A DNA stretch of 64,000 nucleotides from a virus. The stretch is taken from the IMG/VR virus record IMGVR_UViG_3300011116_000922, positions 83,411 through 147,410 of that record; one strand, 5' to 3'. Numbering within the stretch: the first letter of the stretch is position 1; each line of letters opens with the position of its first letter. The notes under the pieces were generated by a model that was given only the letters and a program-made list of their open reading frames with translations, was not told the origin of the DNA and made no database searches. The position numbers were made by a program, and so were the translations under genes. Positions 28,868-38,291 of this stretch are shown one piece after another.

Positions 28868-29788
28868 TCAACTCCACGGGTCACCGGAGAACTTGATGGT
28901 GGATGCCAGTTTTTCGGATTCAAACTTGGCACGCATTTTCAGGATCTTCTTGCCACCCGCGCTCACGCCAATGCTTTCATTGCCCACCTTCTCAAGAGTG
29001 ATGGGCTTGGACATGATGGCACTCAATTTTTCGTTTTGCAGGGGATCGTCCACCTTGGCAGTAATCTTTCCGGGCTTGTCGCCCATGCCTGTCACCTTGA
29101 CATACGGCGGATACAGGTCATTGGAAGCGTCCAACCAGTTGCTCAAGATGTAGTCCCGCAGTGCGGCTTGGCTCATGCTGTTCAGTTTTTGGTACATGGT
29201 GTCGCGCACCTTGTGCAGCACAACCGATCCCATTTCCTGTGTCTGTGCCTGAACCTTGGGGGACTTGCGGATGGCATCCTTGCGTGCTTTGGAGTTCTCG
29301 GGCAAGTGGAACTTGCGGACAGCGGTGTTTACTGCTTCGGTCAGTACCGTGCCCAAGTCAATCTTGAGTGCGGCTTCCACCGTGCCCACGCCCGGATTCT
29401 TGAAGCCAATGTCACCCGACCCCGATGTGGATTTGGCAGACAGCCCAAGGAATCCGTCTGTTGGGCCCGAAGTAAACTGGATCAGAATGTCCGTGGGGTT
29501 CTTGCGCGAATCCACTTCCCGTCCCACTGCCCGTGCCAGTACCCCCGGTCGCGCAGTCCACCACACCTTTTTCACCGTGCCTGAATACTTGTGCTTTTTT
29601 GCCCACTGGAGGAATTCCTCCACCATGCGTTCGGCGCGTTCCACCTGAATAGCCGTCCGCACCGCACCAATCACTTTGGACTTGCGGTTGAACTGGGCTT
29701 TGGCTTCGGGATCCCACCACTTCTCTCCCGCAAGCAAATATCCCACATAAATTTCGTTTACATGTGCAAGGTCTGTGTTTGCAAGCAT
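28868..29788 (-). CDS. restriction-endonuclease-like PD-(D/E)XK protein
   Basis: NE helix, NPTDILIQF...FLGLSAK, FKNPG; own CTAAATA promoter and GGAGG RBS. Confidence 0.6.
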   Translation of the reverse strand: MLANTDLAHVNEIYVGYLLAGEKWWDPEAKAQFNRKSKVIGAVRTAIQVERAERMVEEFLQWAKKHKYSGTVKKVWWTARPGVLARAVGREVDSRKNPTDILIQFTSGPTDGFLGLSAKSTSGSGDIGFKNPGVGTVEAALKIDLGTVLTEAVNTAVRKFHLPENSKARKDAIRKSPKVQAQTQEMGSVVLHKVRDTMYQKLNSMSQAALRDYILSNWLDASNDLYPPYVKVTGMGDKPGKITAKVDDPLQNEKLSAIMSKPITLEKVGNESIGVSAGGKKILKMRAKFESEKLASTIKFSGDPWS

Positions 29789-29878
29789 AAAGCCTCCCTC
29801 CCGGTATTTAGCACCAAAAGAAAAGCCCCCAGTGCGGGGGCTGATCGTTTGCCAAGGTGGACGGATGCATTAATCGTT

Positions 29879-30889
29879 TCAATACACGCCCCAACCGCGT
29901 AGTCGCTCTGCGTGGTAAGCGTCCCGCAACTTGGTTTCCGTGTTGCCCTTGGGTTTTCGCAGATTGCCTGCCGCTCCAACGGTCTTGCCCTTGTACCGTT
30001 TGGGGTCAATCTCCTTGCCGCCCTTGCCGTACAGTTTCTTGCTGCTCTTTTCACGCGCATTCTGATTGTCTAACTTTAGGTAATCACTGTCTATTTTTCG
30101 TATCCGCTTGGAGCCTTCGCCGTGCCCTGCTGCAAACGCCTTCTCCAAGGCACGGTCTTTCTTGATGTACGCCGCGTCCACCTTCTTGTTCATCTGTTTG
30201 GAACGCTCCGCGGTCTGTGCCATCTCATGCACCGTGCCTTCAGCCACTGGCGATTTGCCGTTTACAATTTGAGCAATTACATCGCCAATGTCAGTGCGGT
30301 TCTCGGGGGTACGAAAGGGAAATGGATCTGTGAATGGTTTCATGTGCGGTTCTCCTCTTGTCCAATTATATAGGCATTCACGGGATTCTCGGCTTGCGAC
30401 CACCGCTCCGCTCATGCACTGGTCACACGCTTCCGCAAAGGTTTTGCCCTTGCCGCTTAACCCGTTCTTGGCGGCTTGCAGCAGGTCTTCACCCCCCACG
30501 ATGCGCTCGTCCAATACCCCTTCGTCCACCGTGCTTCCCGCGCCCTTGGCACGGAGCAGACCACGAACAGTCGCCAGTTCTTCCGATGCCTTGCGGTCAC
30601 CCTTTAGCACTGCGGCTGCGTACTTTTTTTGCAGTTCACGCAACTGGGTAATGGACAACTTTTCCAATGCGGCACGGGAGTGGGATTCCTCCACCTTCTC
30701 CACCTTTTCGTACCGCTTGCCACTGGGCAGGGTAGACTTTTTTGTGGGAATGGGAGCAGAAGCCTTTTCTACTTTGGCGTAGCCCTTGTGTTTGGGCTGC
30801 TCACCACGGCTTGTGATCTCCGCAATGACTTCCCCAATGCTGCTGCGGGTTTCGGGATTACGGAAGGATGGATCTGTGAATGGTTTCAT
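29879..30889 (-). CDS. protein with duplicated MKPFTDP N-terminus and internal in-frame start at 30343
   Basis: Two MKPFTDP segments, each preceded by AGGAG. Confidence 0.7.
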   Translation of the reverse strand: MKPFTDPSFRNPETRSSIGEVIAEITSRGEQPKHKGYAKVEKASAPIPTKKSTLPSGKRYEKVEKVEESHSRAALEKLSITQLRELQKKYAAAVLKGDRKASEELATVRGLLRAKGAGSTVDEGVLDERIVGGEDLLQAAKNGLSGKGKTFAEACDQCMSGAVVASRESRECLYNWTRGEPHMKPFTDPFPFRTPENRTDIGDVIAQIVNGKSPVAEGTVHEMAQTAERSKQMNKKVDAAYIKKDRALEKAFAAGHGEGSKRIRKIDSDYLKLDNQNAREKSSKKLYGKGGKEIDPKRYKGKTVGAAGNLRKPKGNTETKLRDAYHAERLRGWGVY

Positions 30890-30915
30890 TGTTGGGTGTT
30901 CTCCTGTGGGAATAT

Positions 30916-31260
30916 TTAGCGTTCCGCGTTCCGCAGTGGGCGCATCCACTCCGCATAGCCTCGGGCTTCCAGTACTGCGTACAGCCTACACGCAAGTTCC
31001 GCCCCTACTGGATACGGATCCCCCCACTCGTTCTGTAGAGCGTAGTACTCTTCGGGAATGCTGTGGGTGCGGCGTTCGTCCCCACCAATACGAATATGAC
31101 CCCCTGTACCGCTTTCGTCCGAGTCCACCGTGTTTACAATAATGCAGTAGTGTAGAGTAGAGGACAGGGAATAGAAAGAGAACCTGTACCAATCACCACC
31201 ACGGTGTAGTAGGTGGGAGGAGGTGTGTGTGGAGGTGTGTGGGCGAAAATGCTGTGTCAT
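30916..31260 (-). CDS. hypothetical protein
   Basis: ORF fills gap; start uncertain. Confidence 0.4.
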   Translation of the reverse strand: MTQHFRPHTSTHTSSHLLHRGGDWYRFSFYSLSSTLHYCIIVNTVDSDESGTGGHIRIGGDERRTHSIPEEYYALQNEWGDPYPVGAELACRLYAVLEARGYAEWMRPLRNAER

Positions 31261-31401
31261 GGGCGTGGGTGGGAGAAAACCGCGTTATGAGCGTGTGGGC
31301 GGGGGGTGTGATTAATATTTGAGAATATTGGCACACTTTGCCCCACTTCCACCCACTTTGGGAAATGGTTGAATTAATATAGTTTGCCGTGCTACACCGT
31401 T

Positions 31402-31689
31402 TTATTGTGCGCCGTATTTTCTACCACGCAGGGACGCTGCTTGGTCTAGTTTTTCGTGGGTGGACTTGGGCTGACCGCGCTTAATTTTGTTCATCAATTT
31501 TTTGAAGTCACTGCCCGGTCCCTTCGTGGCATCCACGCCCATGACCGGAGGCGTGGTAAAAGCGCGGCGCACTTTGCGCTTGCCACACCCGCCACATTTT
31601 TCTTTCAGGGGAGCCTCGCGCTCGCTCACAGGGAGAATGCGCTCAAAGGGGTGTTGACACGCTTCACAACGGTACTCGTATACTGGCAT
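31402..31689 (-). CDS. FmdB-family zinc-ribbon protein
   Basis: MPVYEYRCEACQHPFE...CGGCG. Confidence 0.85.
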   Translation of the reverse strand: MPVYEYRCEACQHPFERILPVSEREAPLKEKCGGCGKRKVRRAFTTPPVMGVDATKGPGSDFKKLMNKIKRGQPKSTHEKLDQAASLRGRKYGAQ

Positions 31690-31720
31690 AATAAAAATCC
31701 TCCGCTGTATGTAGGGAGGA

Positions 31721-32143
31721 TTACACCGTATCAGACTTGAGTTTCCGCAGATACACCCGCCGCTGCTCCTGTAGCAGTCTGCGTGGAATAGGAAGTTTAA
31801 ATTCGCGGCAGATGTCCAGTGCTTCGGCTTCCGTCTGCACCTCTAGGGTGTAGTAGTCCCGTTCACGCCAAATGGGATCGTCACGCATCCACTGGAGAAA
31901 GTGGGCGTACTCATGGGCTAGGGTGTACAGCCAATCCGAAGCCTTGCGACCACCAATGGCTACACGCAGTTCACCGGGGTGACCCTTGGAGTGCCACGGT
32001 TCAATGAAATAGCCTTGGCAGCGTTCGCCTCCTGCATTTACTTTATGGCTGTGTGCCAGTACAAAGCGCACATTGGTTTTGTGGCACTGGGAGCGGACGG
32101 TTTTAAGGAAGTGCTGTACGCGGGGATTCGTCAGGTATGCCAT
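31721..32143 (-). CDS. HExxH metallopeptidase-like protein
   Basis: LAHEYAHFLQW...EVQTE. Confidence 0.65.
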   Translation of the reverse strand: MAYLTNPRVQHFLKTVRSQCHKTNVRFVLAHSHKVNAGGERCQGYFIEPWHSKGHPGELRVAIGGRKASDWLYTLAHEYAHFLQWMRDDPIWRERDYYTLEVQTEAEALDICREFKLPIPRRLLQEQRRVYLRKLKSDTV

Positions 32144-32198
32144 GCGGGGATCCTCCTATGGTATATTGGTAGGATACCATGTAGATTTTGTAAGAAAA

Positions 32199-32300
32199 GC
32201 GTAACCCCTTTATTTTAAAGGACTTATGTGCAGTATTATTGGACATTAAATATTTAAATGCGGGAAAGGGCTTGCAAAGCCTGTAAATATAGGGTATTAT
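32199..32300 (+). promoter_or_regulatory. sigma70-type promoter with conserved upstream element
   Basis: TTGCAA-17-TATTAT; upstream palindrome plus TTATTGGAC. Confidence 0.65.
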
Positions 32301-32308
32301 TTGGGTAT

Positions 32309-34618
32309 ATGAAGACTCTTTCCCCGACTGCCCCCATCGCACCTGTGACGGCCGTGAAGTCCGTGCTTGCGCGTCTGCTTGCCACCGAGAATATTTCGGT
32401 TGAGCATCAAGATGTGCCCACGGCTGCGTTTGACCTCAAGACCCGTACCCTTATTCTGCCCCGTTGGAAGGACATGAGCAACGCGCTGTACGATATGCTC
32501 GTCGGCCACGAGGTGAGCCATGCCCTCCACACGCCGCAGGACGGGTGGAAGACGGATGCCGATGCCCTTGCCGCCAAGCACGGCGTGGACGGTGGCGTGG
32601 CGCGTCAGTACCTGAATATTGCAGAAGACGCGCGTATTGAGCGCATGATCAAGGACAAGTTCCCCGGTCTGCGTTCGGACTTCTTCAAGGGCTACGGCGA
32701 ACTCCACGCCAAGAATTTCTTTGGTGTCACCGAAGCGCAGATGCCCTCGCTGGCCCTTGGCGACCGCGTGAACCTCCACTCCAAGTTGGGTCTGCATGTG
32801 GACGCGATTGTGCCGTTCACTGCGGACGAGGCCCTCATCCGCGATTTCGTGATGGGCGCACAGACTTGGGCAGACACCGTGGACGGTGCTGACCGTATGC
32901 TTGCGGTTGACGCTGCCAAGTGGAAGCAGAAGCAGGAGCCGCAGGAACGCGCACCCGAAGGGCAGTCTGCTCCGCAGGGCGACGAAACGGAAGACGGCGA
33001 AGACGCGCCCGGTGCTGACGGCGAAGACTCGCAGGGCAGCGAAGGCGAAGACAAGTCCGAGAGCGGTTCGGGCACCGAGGGTGGCGAAGACAATTCGCAG
33101 GGTCGCGCCAACGACAACCCCACCGAAACGCAGACGGGTGAAGACGATCACGGCGGTTCGGGTGGCGAGAAGTCCACCAAGAGCGACATGCCCGGCCCGA
33201 TCACGAACTCCTCCCTTGAGAACGCGCTCAAGAGTCTGAACGAAACCGCTAGCCGTGCCCCCAATGTGGTGCGCCTGAAGATGACCGCGCCCACGCTTGA
33301 TGTGGTTGTGCCCTTTGCTGATGTGCTGAAGGATCTCAACGAGATGGCTACCCGTGGCAAGTGGAACCCCGCGCCTGTGCGCGAGGCTGACTACAAGCGG
33401 GCTAGCAGCGCAATGGCTACCGCGTTCGACCGCCGCAAGTCTGCGGATATTTGGAAGCGCACCACTGTTGCCAAGACGGGTGCCATTGATCCGCTCCGCA
33501 TGACCCAGTACAAGTGGAATGAAGACATTTTCCGCCGTGGCACCCGCATTGCCGAAGGCAAGAACCACGGCATCGTGATTCTGCTTGACTGGAGCGGTTC
33601 GATGGGCAGCATCATGCAGCAGACCATTGGGCAGTTGATGATCCTCACGGACTTCTGCCGCATGGCAGGTGTGCCGTTCGAAGTGTACGCTTTCTGCGAC
33701 CGCCCGTACACCACGCTGCCGGAAGGCATGGATCAGTACAGCGACGAAGCGTACCGTCTGCGCGACAAGGAGTACAAGCGTTTCAACAGCAATGAACACA
33801 ACACCGCTTCTCCCACCTACATGCGTCTGCTGAACTTCCTGTCCAACCGCATGACTGCCGCGCAGTACGAGCGCATGAAGTCCCTGCTGTTCAACCACTG
33901 GAGCAGCATCGGCTACGATTCGCGCTACGGCATGGGCAGCACCCCCACTGCTGCTGCTCTGCACCACGCTTCTGCGGTGGTTGCGGAGTTCACGAAGCGC
34001 AATCGCATTCAGATCGCGCACACCATCGTGCTGACGGACGGCGATGCCACGGACGAGTACCGTGTGAACCGTGGCGGTGACGCGGTGCGCTCCACTTGGA
34101 CGCGGGACACGCACTGGGTGATTGAAGACCCTGCCACTGGCGCGTCCTATGACCTGTGGAACACGCAGTACCGTGACGCTGACGGCAAGACGCAGACCAT
34201 GCGCCGTGGCACCGTGAACTGGGAAGCCGCTGCTAACCGTTCGGTGTGCATTGCAATCGACGCTCTGCGCCGCCGCACTGGTTCCAAGGTTCACTGGATT
34301 GGTCTGTCTGCCAGTACGCGCAAGACTGCGCCGAGCGGCATGGGCGGTTTCGTGCCGTTCGAAGACTCCAACTGGGGGCGTGACGGGTTTGCCCGTGGCA
34401 GTGCGGAAGGTTGGGACACCGCGGTGATGGCAGCGTCCTGCCGTTTCGGTGGCGCGGGTAACAACTGGATCGAAAAGCAGTTGGAAGCAATGGACGACAA
34501 GATTGAAGGAGCCAAGACTAGCCGCACTCTCGTTAATGCAGTGGTGGACAAGCAGGCCATGACCAACTCGCTCCGGTCGCTTGCCACCATCATCGGTGAA
34601 TTCATCGCGGTGGCATAA
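32309..34618 (+). CDS. CobT-like protein (HExxH peptidase-like, acidic linker, VWA domain)
   Basis: GHEVSHALH; LLDWSGSM MIDAS; LTDG. Confidence 0.88.
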   Translation: MKTLSPTAPIAPVTAVKSVLARLLATENISVEHQDVPTAAFDLKTRTLILPRWKDMSNALYDMLVGHEVSHALHTPQDGWKTDADALAAKHGVDGGVARQYLNIAEDARIERMIKDKFPGLRSDFFKGYGELHAKNFFGVTEAQMPSLALGDRVNLHSKLGLHVDAIVPFTADEALIRDFVMGAQTWADTVDGADRMLAVDAAKWKQKQEPQERAPEGQSAPQGDETEDGEDAPGADGEDSQGSEGEDKSESGSGTEGGEDNSQGRANDNPTETQTGEDDHGGSGGEKSTKSDMPGPITNSSLENALKSLNETASRAPNVVRLKMTAPTLDVVVPFADVLKDLNEMATRGKWNPAPVREADYKRASSAMATAFDRRKSADIWKRTTVAKTGAIDPLRMTQYKWNEDIFRRGTRIAEGKNHGIVILLDWSGSMGSIMQQTIGQLMILTDFCRMAGVPFEVYAFCDRPYTTLPEGMDQYSDEAYRLRDKEYKRFNSNEHNTASPTYMRLLNFLSNRMTAAQYERMKSLLFNHWSSIGYDSRYGMGSTPTAAALHHASAVVAEFTKRNRIQIAHTIVLTDGDATDEYRVNRGGDAVRSTWTRDTHWVIEDPATGASYDLWNTQYRDADGKTQTMRRGTVNWEAAANRSVCIAIDALRRRTGSKVHWIGLSASTRKTAPSGMGGFVPFEDSNWGRDGFARGSAEGWDTAVMAASCRFGGAGNNWIEKQLEAMDDKIEGAKTSRTLVNAVVDKQAMTNSLRSLATIIGEFIAVA

Positions 34619-34666
34619 GAAAATACTCGCTGCCCCGGCAGGAAAACCCCAAAAATTACGCAAAAG

Positions 34667-34759
34667 GCGTAAATCCTGCCGGGGCAAGGGGTTAAGTCAG
34701 TAATTATCGGACACTTTTTCACGCAAAGCCTTGAAATACAGGCAAAAATACAGTAGAAT
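34667..34759 (+). promoter_or_regulatory. sigma70-type promoter with conserved upstream element
   Basis: TTGAAA-17-TAGAAT; upstream TTATCGGAC. Confidence 0.7.
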
Positions 34760-34766
34760 AAACACC

Positions 34767-36110
34767 ATGAAGACCGCTTTCTCGCTTTCGTCCTCCCAGT
34801 TCGCCTTTATCGCTGCCGTCCGTCCGCACCTCGCGGCCTTCGGCATCACCGCGAAGACCACTTCCAACGGTCAGAGTGTTGGATTCTCGCCCCTGTTCCG
34901 TGCCGCGCACAAGGCGGGCTATTCGGCTGTTCCCGCGTGGTGCATGAGCGCGGATCGCAAGTGCGGTCGCGGCGTGTATGTGCTGCCGGAACTGTTTGCC
35001 GCTGACGGGGACATCACCGTGACCGAAGTGAAGCGTGGTCGCAAGCCCGGTTCCACTGCCGCGAAGGCAGAGAAGACCGCGAAGACCACTAGCGCGGTTC
35101 CGGCAGCACTCGCTGCTGCCGTTGTTGCTGCCGCGCCCACCACGCTGACGGCTTCCACCGTGTCCGGTGGCATTGCCGTGGGCACTGCCGCGTCCATGAT
35201 CCTGTCGCTCACGGACGGTGAGCGCGACACCTTCACGCCTGACCGCGATGCCAACTATGTGGCATGGGGTTTCCACAGCGAAATCGAAACCATTATCAAG
35301 TCCAAGGCATTCTGCCCCGTGTTCATCACTGGTATGTCGGGCAACGGCAAGACCACGATGGTGGAGCAGGTGTGTGCCAAGTTGAAGCGCGAGTGTGTGC
35401 GCGTCAACTTCACCGTGCAGACGGACGAAGACGAACTGCTTGGCGGCTTCCGCCTCATGGGCGGCGAAACCAAGTTCGTGCCCGGTCCCGTCCTTGTTGC
35501 AATGGAGCGCGGCGCGGTGCTGCTGCTTGACGAGGTGGATCTCGGTAGCCATGCCATCATGTGCTTGCAGTCCGTGCTTGAAGGCAAGGGCAAGTTCATT
35601 CCCAAGATCGGCAAGTATGTGCGTCCTGCTCCGGGCTTCACCATCGTGGCTACTGCCAACACGAAGGGCAAGGGCAGTGCGGACGGTCGATTCGCGGGTA
35701 CGAACCAGTTGAATGAGGCGTTCCTTGACCGCTTCCACTTCTGCTACGAGCAGGACTACGCTAGCGTGGCTGTTGAGAAGAAGATTCTCAAGAAGTACGC
35801 GGAGAGCGTGAGCGTGAACGATGACCAGTTCATCGAAAACCTTGTGAACTGGGCTGATCTCATCCGCAAGTCCTTCAAGCAGCAGATCGTGAACGAGATC
35901 ATCACCACGCGCCGTCTGCGTGACATCGTGTTCGCGTACTCCGTGTTCGGTGACAAGATGCAGAGCATCGACCGCTGCGTGGCGCGTTTCGATGAGGACA
36001 CGAAGTCCGCGTTCATGGAGTTCTACACGAAGGTGGATGCCACGGTGACCGCTGCCGCTGCTCCGGTTGATGCTCCGAAGAGCAACGATCCCAACGCTTG
36101 CCCGTTCTGA
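34767..36110 (+). CDS. cobS: CobS-like MoxR/AAA+ ATPase
   Basis: Walker A GMSGNGKT, Walker B LLLDE, ATANTKG, LNEAFLDRF, TTRRL. Confidence 0.9.
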   Translation: MKTAFSLSSSQFAFIAAVRPHLAAFGITAKTTSNGQSVGFSPLFRAAHKAGYSAVPAWCMSADRKCGRGVYVLPELFAADGDITVTEVKRGRKPGSTAAKAEKTAKTTSAVPAALAAAVVAAAPTTLTASTVSGGIAVGTAASMILSLTDGERDTFTPDRDANYVAWGFHSEIETIIKSKAFCPVFITGMSGNGKTTMVEQVCAKLKRECVRVNFTVQTDEDELLGGFRLMGGETKFVPGPVLVAMERGAVLLLDEVDLGSHAIMCLQSVLEGKGKFIPKIGKYVRPAPGFTIVATANTKGKGSADGRFAGTNQLNEAFLDRFHFCYEQDYASVAVEKKILKKYAESVSVNDDQFIENLVNWADLIRKSFKQQIVNEIITTRRLRDIVFAYSVFGDKMQSIDRCVARFDEDTKSAFMEFYTKVDATVTAAAAPVDAPKSNDPNACPF

Positions 36111-36140
36111 TCCACACGCAACCCTACAGGAGAAACCCCA

Positions 36141-36479
36141 ATGATTAAGGGCATTACTGTCAAGTCTGACGAACACGAAAACTTCTTTAAGCGTTCCATT
36201 CTGCTGTTCCTGTCCAACGGCTACAAGGTTAGTGCCATCTACGGCACTGGCGCGTACTCGCAAACCATTAACAAGGATCGTCACGGCAAGACCGGACTGC
36301 TGCCCACGGAGCAGTACATGACCACCCCCGAAGCGTCCACCGTGGAAGTAGCCATCATCGACCCCAAGGGGGATTTCGTGCCGTTCAAGGAACACAATGA
36401 AGATGTTCGCGGCAACACGGATTTCGAAACGCTTCTGAAGATTGCAGCGTGGGCAGACGGTCTGCCGTACACTGCCTGA
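36141..36479 (+). CDS. hypothetical protein
   Basis: RBS AGGAG, same codon bias as cobS. Confidence 0.75.
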   Translation: MIKGITVKSDEHENFFKRSILLFLSNGYKVSAIYGTGAYSQTINKDRHGKTGLLPTEQYMTTPEASTVEVAIIDPKGDFVPFKEHNEDVRGNTDFETLLKIAAWADGLPYTA

Positions 36480-36516
36480 TCCACTCACACACTCACACAC
36501 AAAGGAAACACTTTCA

Positions 36517-36888
36517 ATGACTACTGCCAACACCAACACCGTCCTCCTCGCCTCGTACACCCCCGGTCAGATCGCGTTCATCACTTGGCTTCAGAGCAAC
36601 CGCACGAAGATCACCGTGTTTGATGACTGCACCGTGAGCCGCAAGGAACTCCTCGCGCTGCTTCAGAGCGATTCGTCGTATGTGGCAGTCCCTGCGTGGA
36701 TTGCTGCGCCCAAGGCTCGGCGTTCGGGTCGCGGCAACTACCTGATCCCGGAGATCAACGCGGACATCACCACGCTCACGGTGAACACCAACAACCGTGG
36801 TCGCAAGGCAGGATCCCGCAACAAGAAGGGTCGCGTGGGCGCGGCTCCTGCGGCTCCTGCTCCGGCGGCTCCTGTCACCACTGCCTAA
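36517..36888 (+). CDS. stand-alone paralog of the CobS N-terminal domain
   Basis: QIAFI...AVPAWI...GRGNYLIPE...RGRK versus CobS QFAFI...AVPAWC...GRGVYVLPE...RGRK. Confidence 0.8.
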   Translation: MTTANTNTVLLASYTPGQIAFITWLQSNRTKITVFDDCTVSRKELLALLQSDSSYVAVPAWIAAPKARRSGRGNYLIPEINADITTLTVNTNNRGRKAGSRNKKGRVGAAPAAPAPAAPVTTA

Positions 36889-36916
36889 TCACACTCCACC
36901 ACAAGGACTCCACACA

Positions 36917-37132
36917 ATGCTTGGAATGACCACCATCAAAATTCTCCGTGCCCGTGTAAACTGCCTTATGCACGAAAACGGCGTACTCCTCCGCGAGAAT
37001 GCCCGTCTGCGTCAGGCACTGGAAGTGTCGGGCAACACCGCACCGACCCGCACCGACCGCGACTACTCACTGGGTGGGCACGAATGGATTGACCCCGTGA
37101 GCGGCATCGACACTTGGAGCGGCGCAGACTAA
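36917..37132 (+). CDS. small coiled-coil protein
   Basis: RBS AAGGA; LLRENARLRQAL. Confidence 0.6.
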   Translation: MLGMTTIKILRARVNCLMHENGVLLRENARLRQALEVSGNTAPTRTDRDYSLGGHEWIDPVSGIDTWSGAD

Positions 37133-37141
37133 ACGCATTCT

Positions 37142-37215
37142 GTCCCTGTAACTCAGCCGGATAGAGTAGCGACCTTCTAAGTCGCAAGTCAGTGGTTCGA
37201 ATCCACTCAGGGACG
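37142..37215 (+). tRNA. tRNA-Arg(UCU)
   Basis: Cloverleaf; GCGAC-CTTCTAA-GTCGC; GGTTCGAATCC. Confidence 0.93.
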
Positions 37216-37237
37216 CTAGAACAAAGGAATAAATTAA

Positions 37238-37402
37238 ATGCCACGAATTGCAGTGCTTGAATCCGACCTCCGTGACGACACCATTGACTGGAGCGAATTT
37301 GAGAATTCCATCCGTTCCGATGCCGACCCCCGCGAGATCCGCCGACCCGCCGAAGAGGACGAATGGGAAGACGAAGACGACAGTGACGACGACCGCCGCT
37401 AA
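37238..37402 (+). CDS. small highly acidic protein
   Basis: MPRIAVLESDLRDDTIDWSEFE...EEDEWEDEDDSDDDRR; RBS AAGGA. Confidence 0.65.
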   Translation: MPRIAVLESDLRDDTIDWSEFENSIRSDADPREIRRPAEEDEWEDEDDSDDDRR

Positions 37403-37412
37403 ATAAACCCCC

Positions 37413-37485
37413 GGCACTGTAGCCCAATGGCAGAGGCATTCGACTCAAAATCGAAACAGTGTGGGTTCGACTCCCACCAGTGCTA
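37413..37485 (+). tRNA. tRNA-Leu(CAA), short variable loop
   Basis: TTCGA-CTCAAAA-TCGAA; GGTTCGACTCC. Confidence 0.88.
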
Positions 37486-37493
37486 CTAAAAAA

Positions 37494-37808
37494 ATGCCCA
37501 CTATGCAAAACGCCCAATTCCGCAATACCGTTTCGCAACACCGCTGCTCCCGCTATGCCATCCTCATGCAGCCCGGTAGTCACGGGCGCACCACCGTGAC
37601 TTTTTTCTATGATCCCCAACGCGCTTCCGTATTCGTGTGGTTGACTGCCAACACAGAGGACGGCTCACCGCTGTCCGTGGACGGTGGGCAGTACAGGCTA
37701 GAGCGCGATTGGCATATCTCACTGTTCACTGACAACGCTCGGCGCATATGGGCGGAACTGCTAGCGGGGGGATGGCGCGAGATTGCTGTGGGTAGCCTCG
37801 GCACATGA
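37494..37808 (+). CDS. early protein with ARRIWAELLAGGW motif
   Basis: C-terminal motif shared with six other ORFs. Confidence 0.7.
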   Translation: MPTMQNAQFRNTVSQHRCSRYAILMQPGSHGRTTVTFFYDPQRASVFVWLTANTEDGSPLSVDGGQYRLERDWHISLFTDNARRIWAELLAGGWREIAVGSLGT

Positions 37809-37977
37809 TGCAGACTAAATAAAATTGTAGCCGTGTGGGATTCGTCCCGTACATCGCTACCACGCCCCTGACCGCTACACGCTGTCAGGGGTTTTTTTGT
37901 TTTTACAGGCAATTTGCGCGCCTCTACAGGGTGTGCGTACAGGCGTGGCGTACAGGTGTTCGGGGACCAGTGATTTT

Positions 37978-38291
37978 GGGGCCGGGGGTGGGTACGGTAG
38001 GGCCGCTAGCACAGCCCGGTCAATTTCGCGCAACGGAATTCAAAAATTTGGGACTCCGGTAAATGGCTCAAATAGATTTCAAATATTGGGACTCCAGCAA
38101 CCCCGTGCAGAGATTTCAAATATTGCCGGGGCATCCTAGCCACACCACAGCCCCCACACAACCCTGCCGCCGCACAGCCCCTCCCTAGCCTCTCTAGCCC
38201 CTCCCTAGCCCCATCCCCCAATACGCTTACAGGAATCCCTAAACGCTTACGCCGCCGTGCCCCCACACCAAAACAGTTTTCAAATATGGGG
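37978..38291. repeat. non-coding locus: four TTCAAA(T/A)AT repeats interleaved with opposite-strand G4 motifs
   Basis: Repeats at 38039, 38074, 38111, 38277; G-runs 37978-38002; C-runs 38198-38219. Confidence 0.7.

Noticed and set aside
26900-29788. Complete restriction-modification system
   Set aside because: No methyltransferase motifs nearby
32309-36110. Cobalamin biosynthesis linked to the B12-dependent NrdJ
   Set aside because: Phage CobS/CobT-like proteins are generic MoxR AAA+/VWA pairs; no cobN or other cob genes are present
32297-36560. Very long minus-strand ORFs (796 aa, 613 aa)
   Set aside because: Antisense shadows of strongly codon-biased cobT/cobS-like genes; no motifs or RBS
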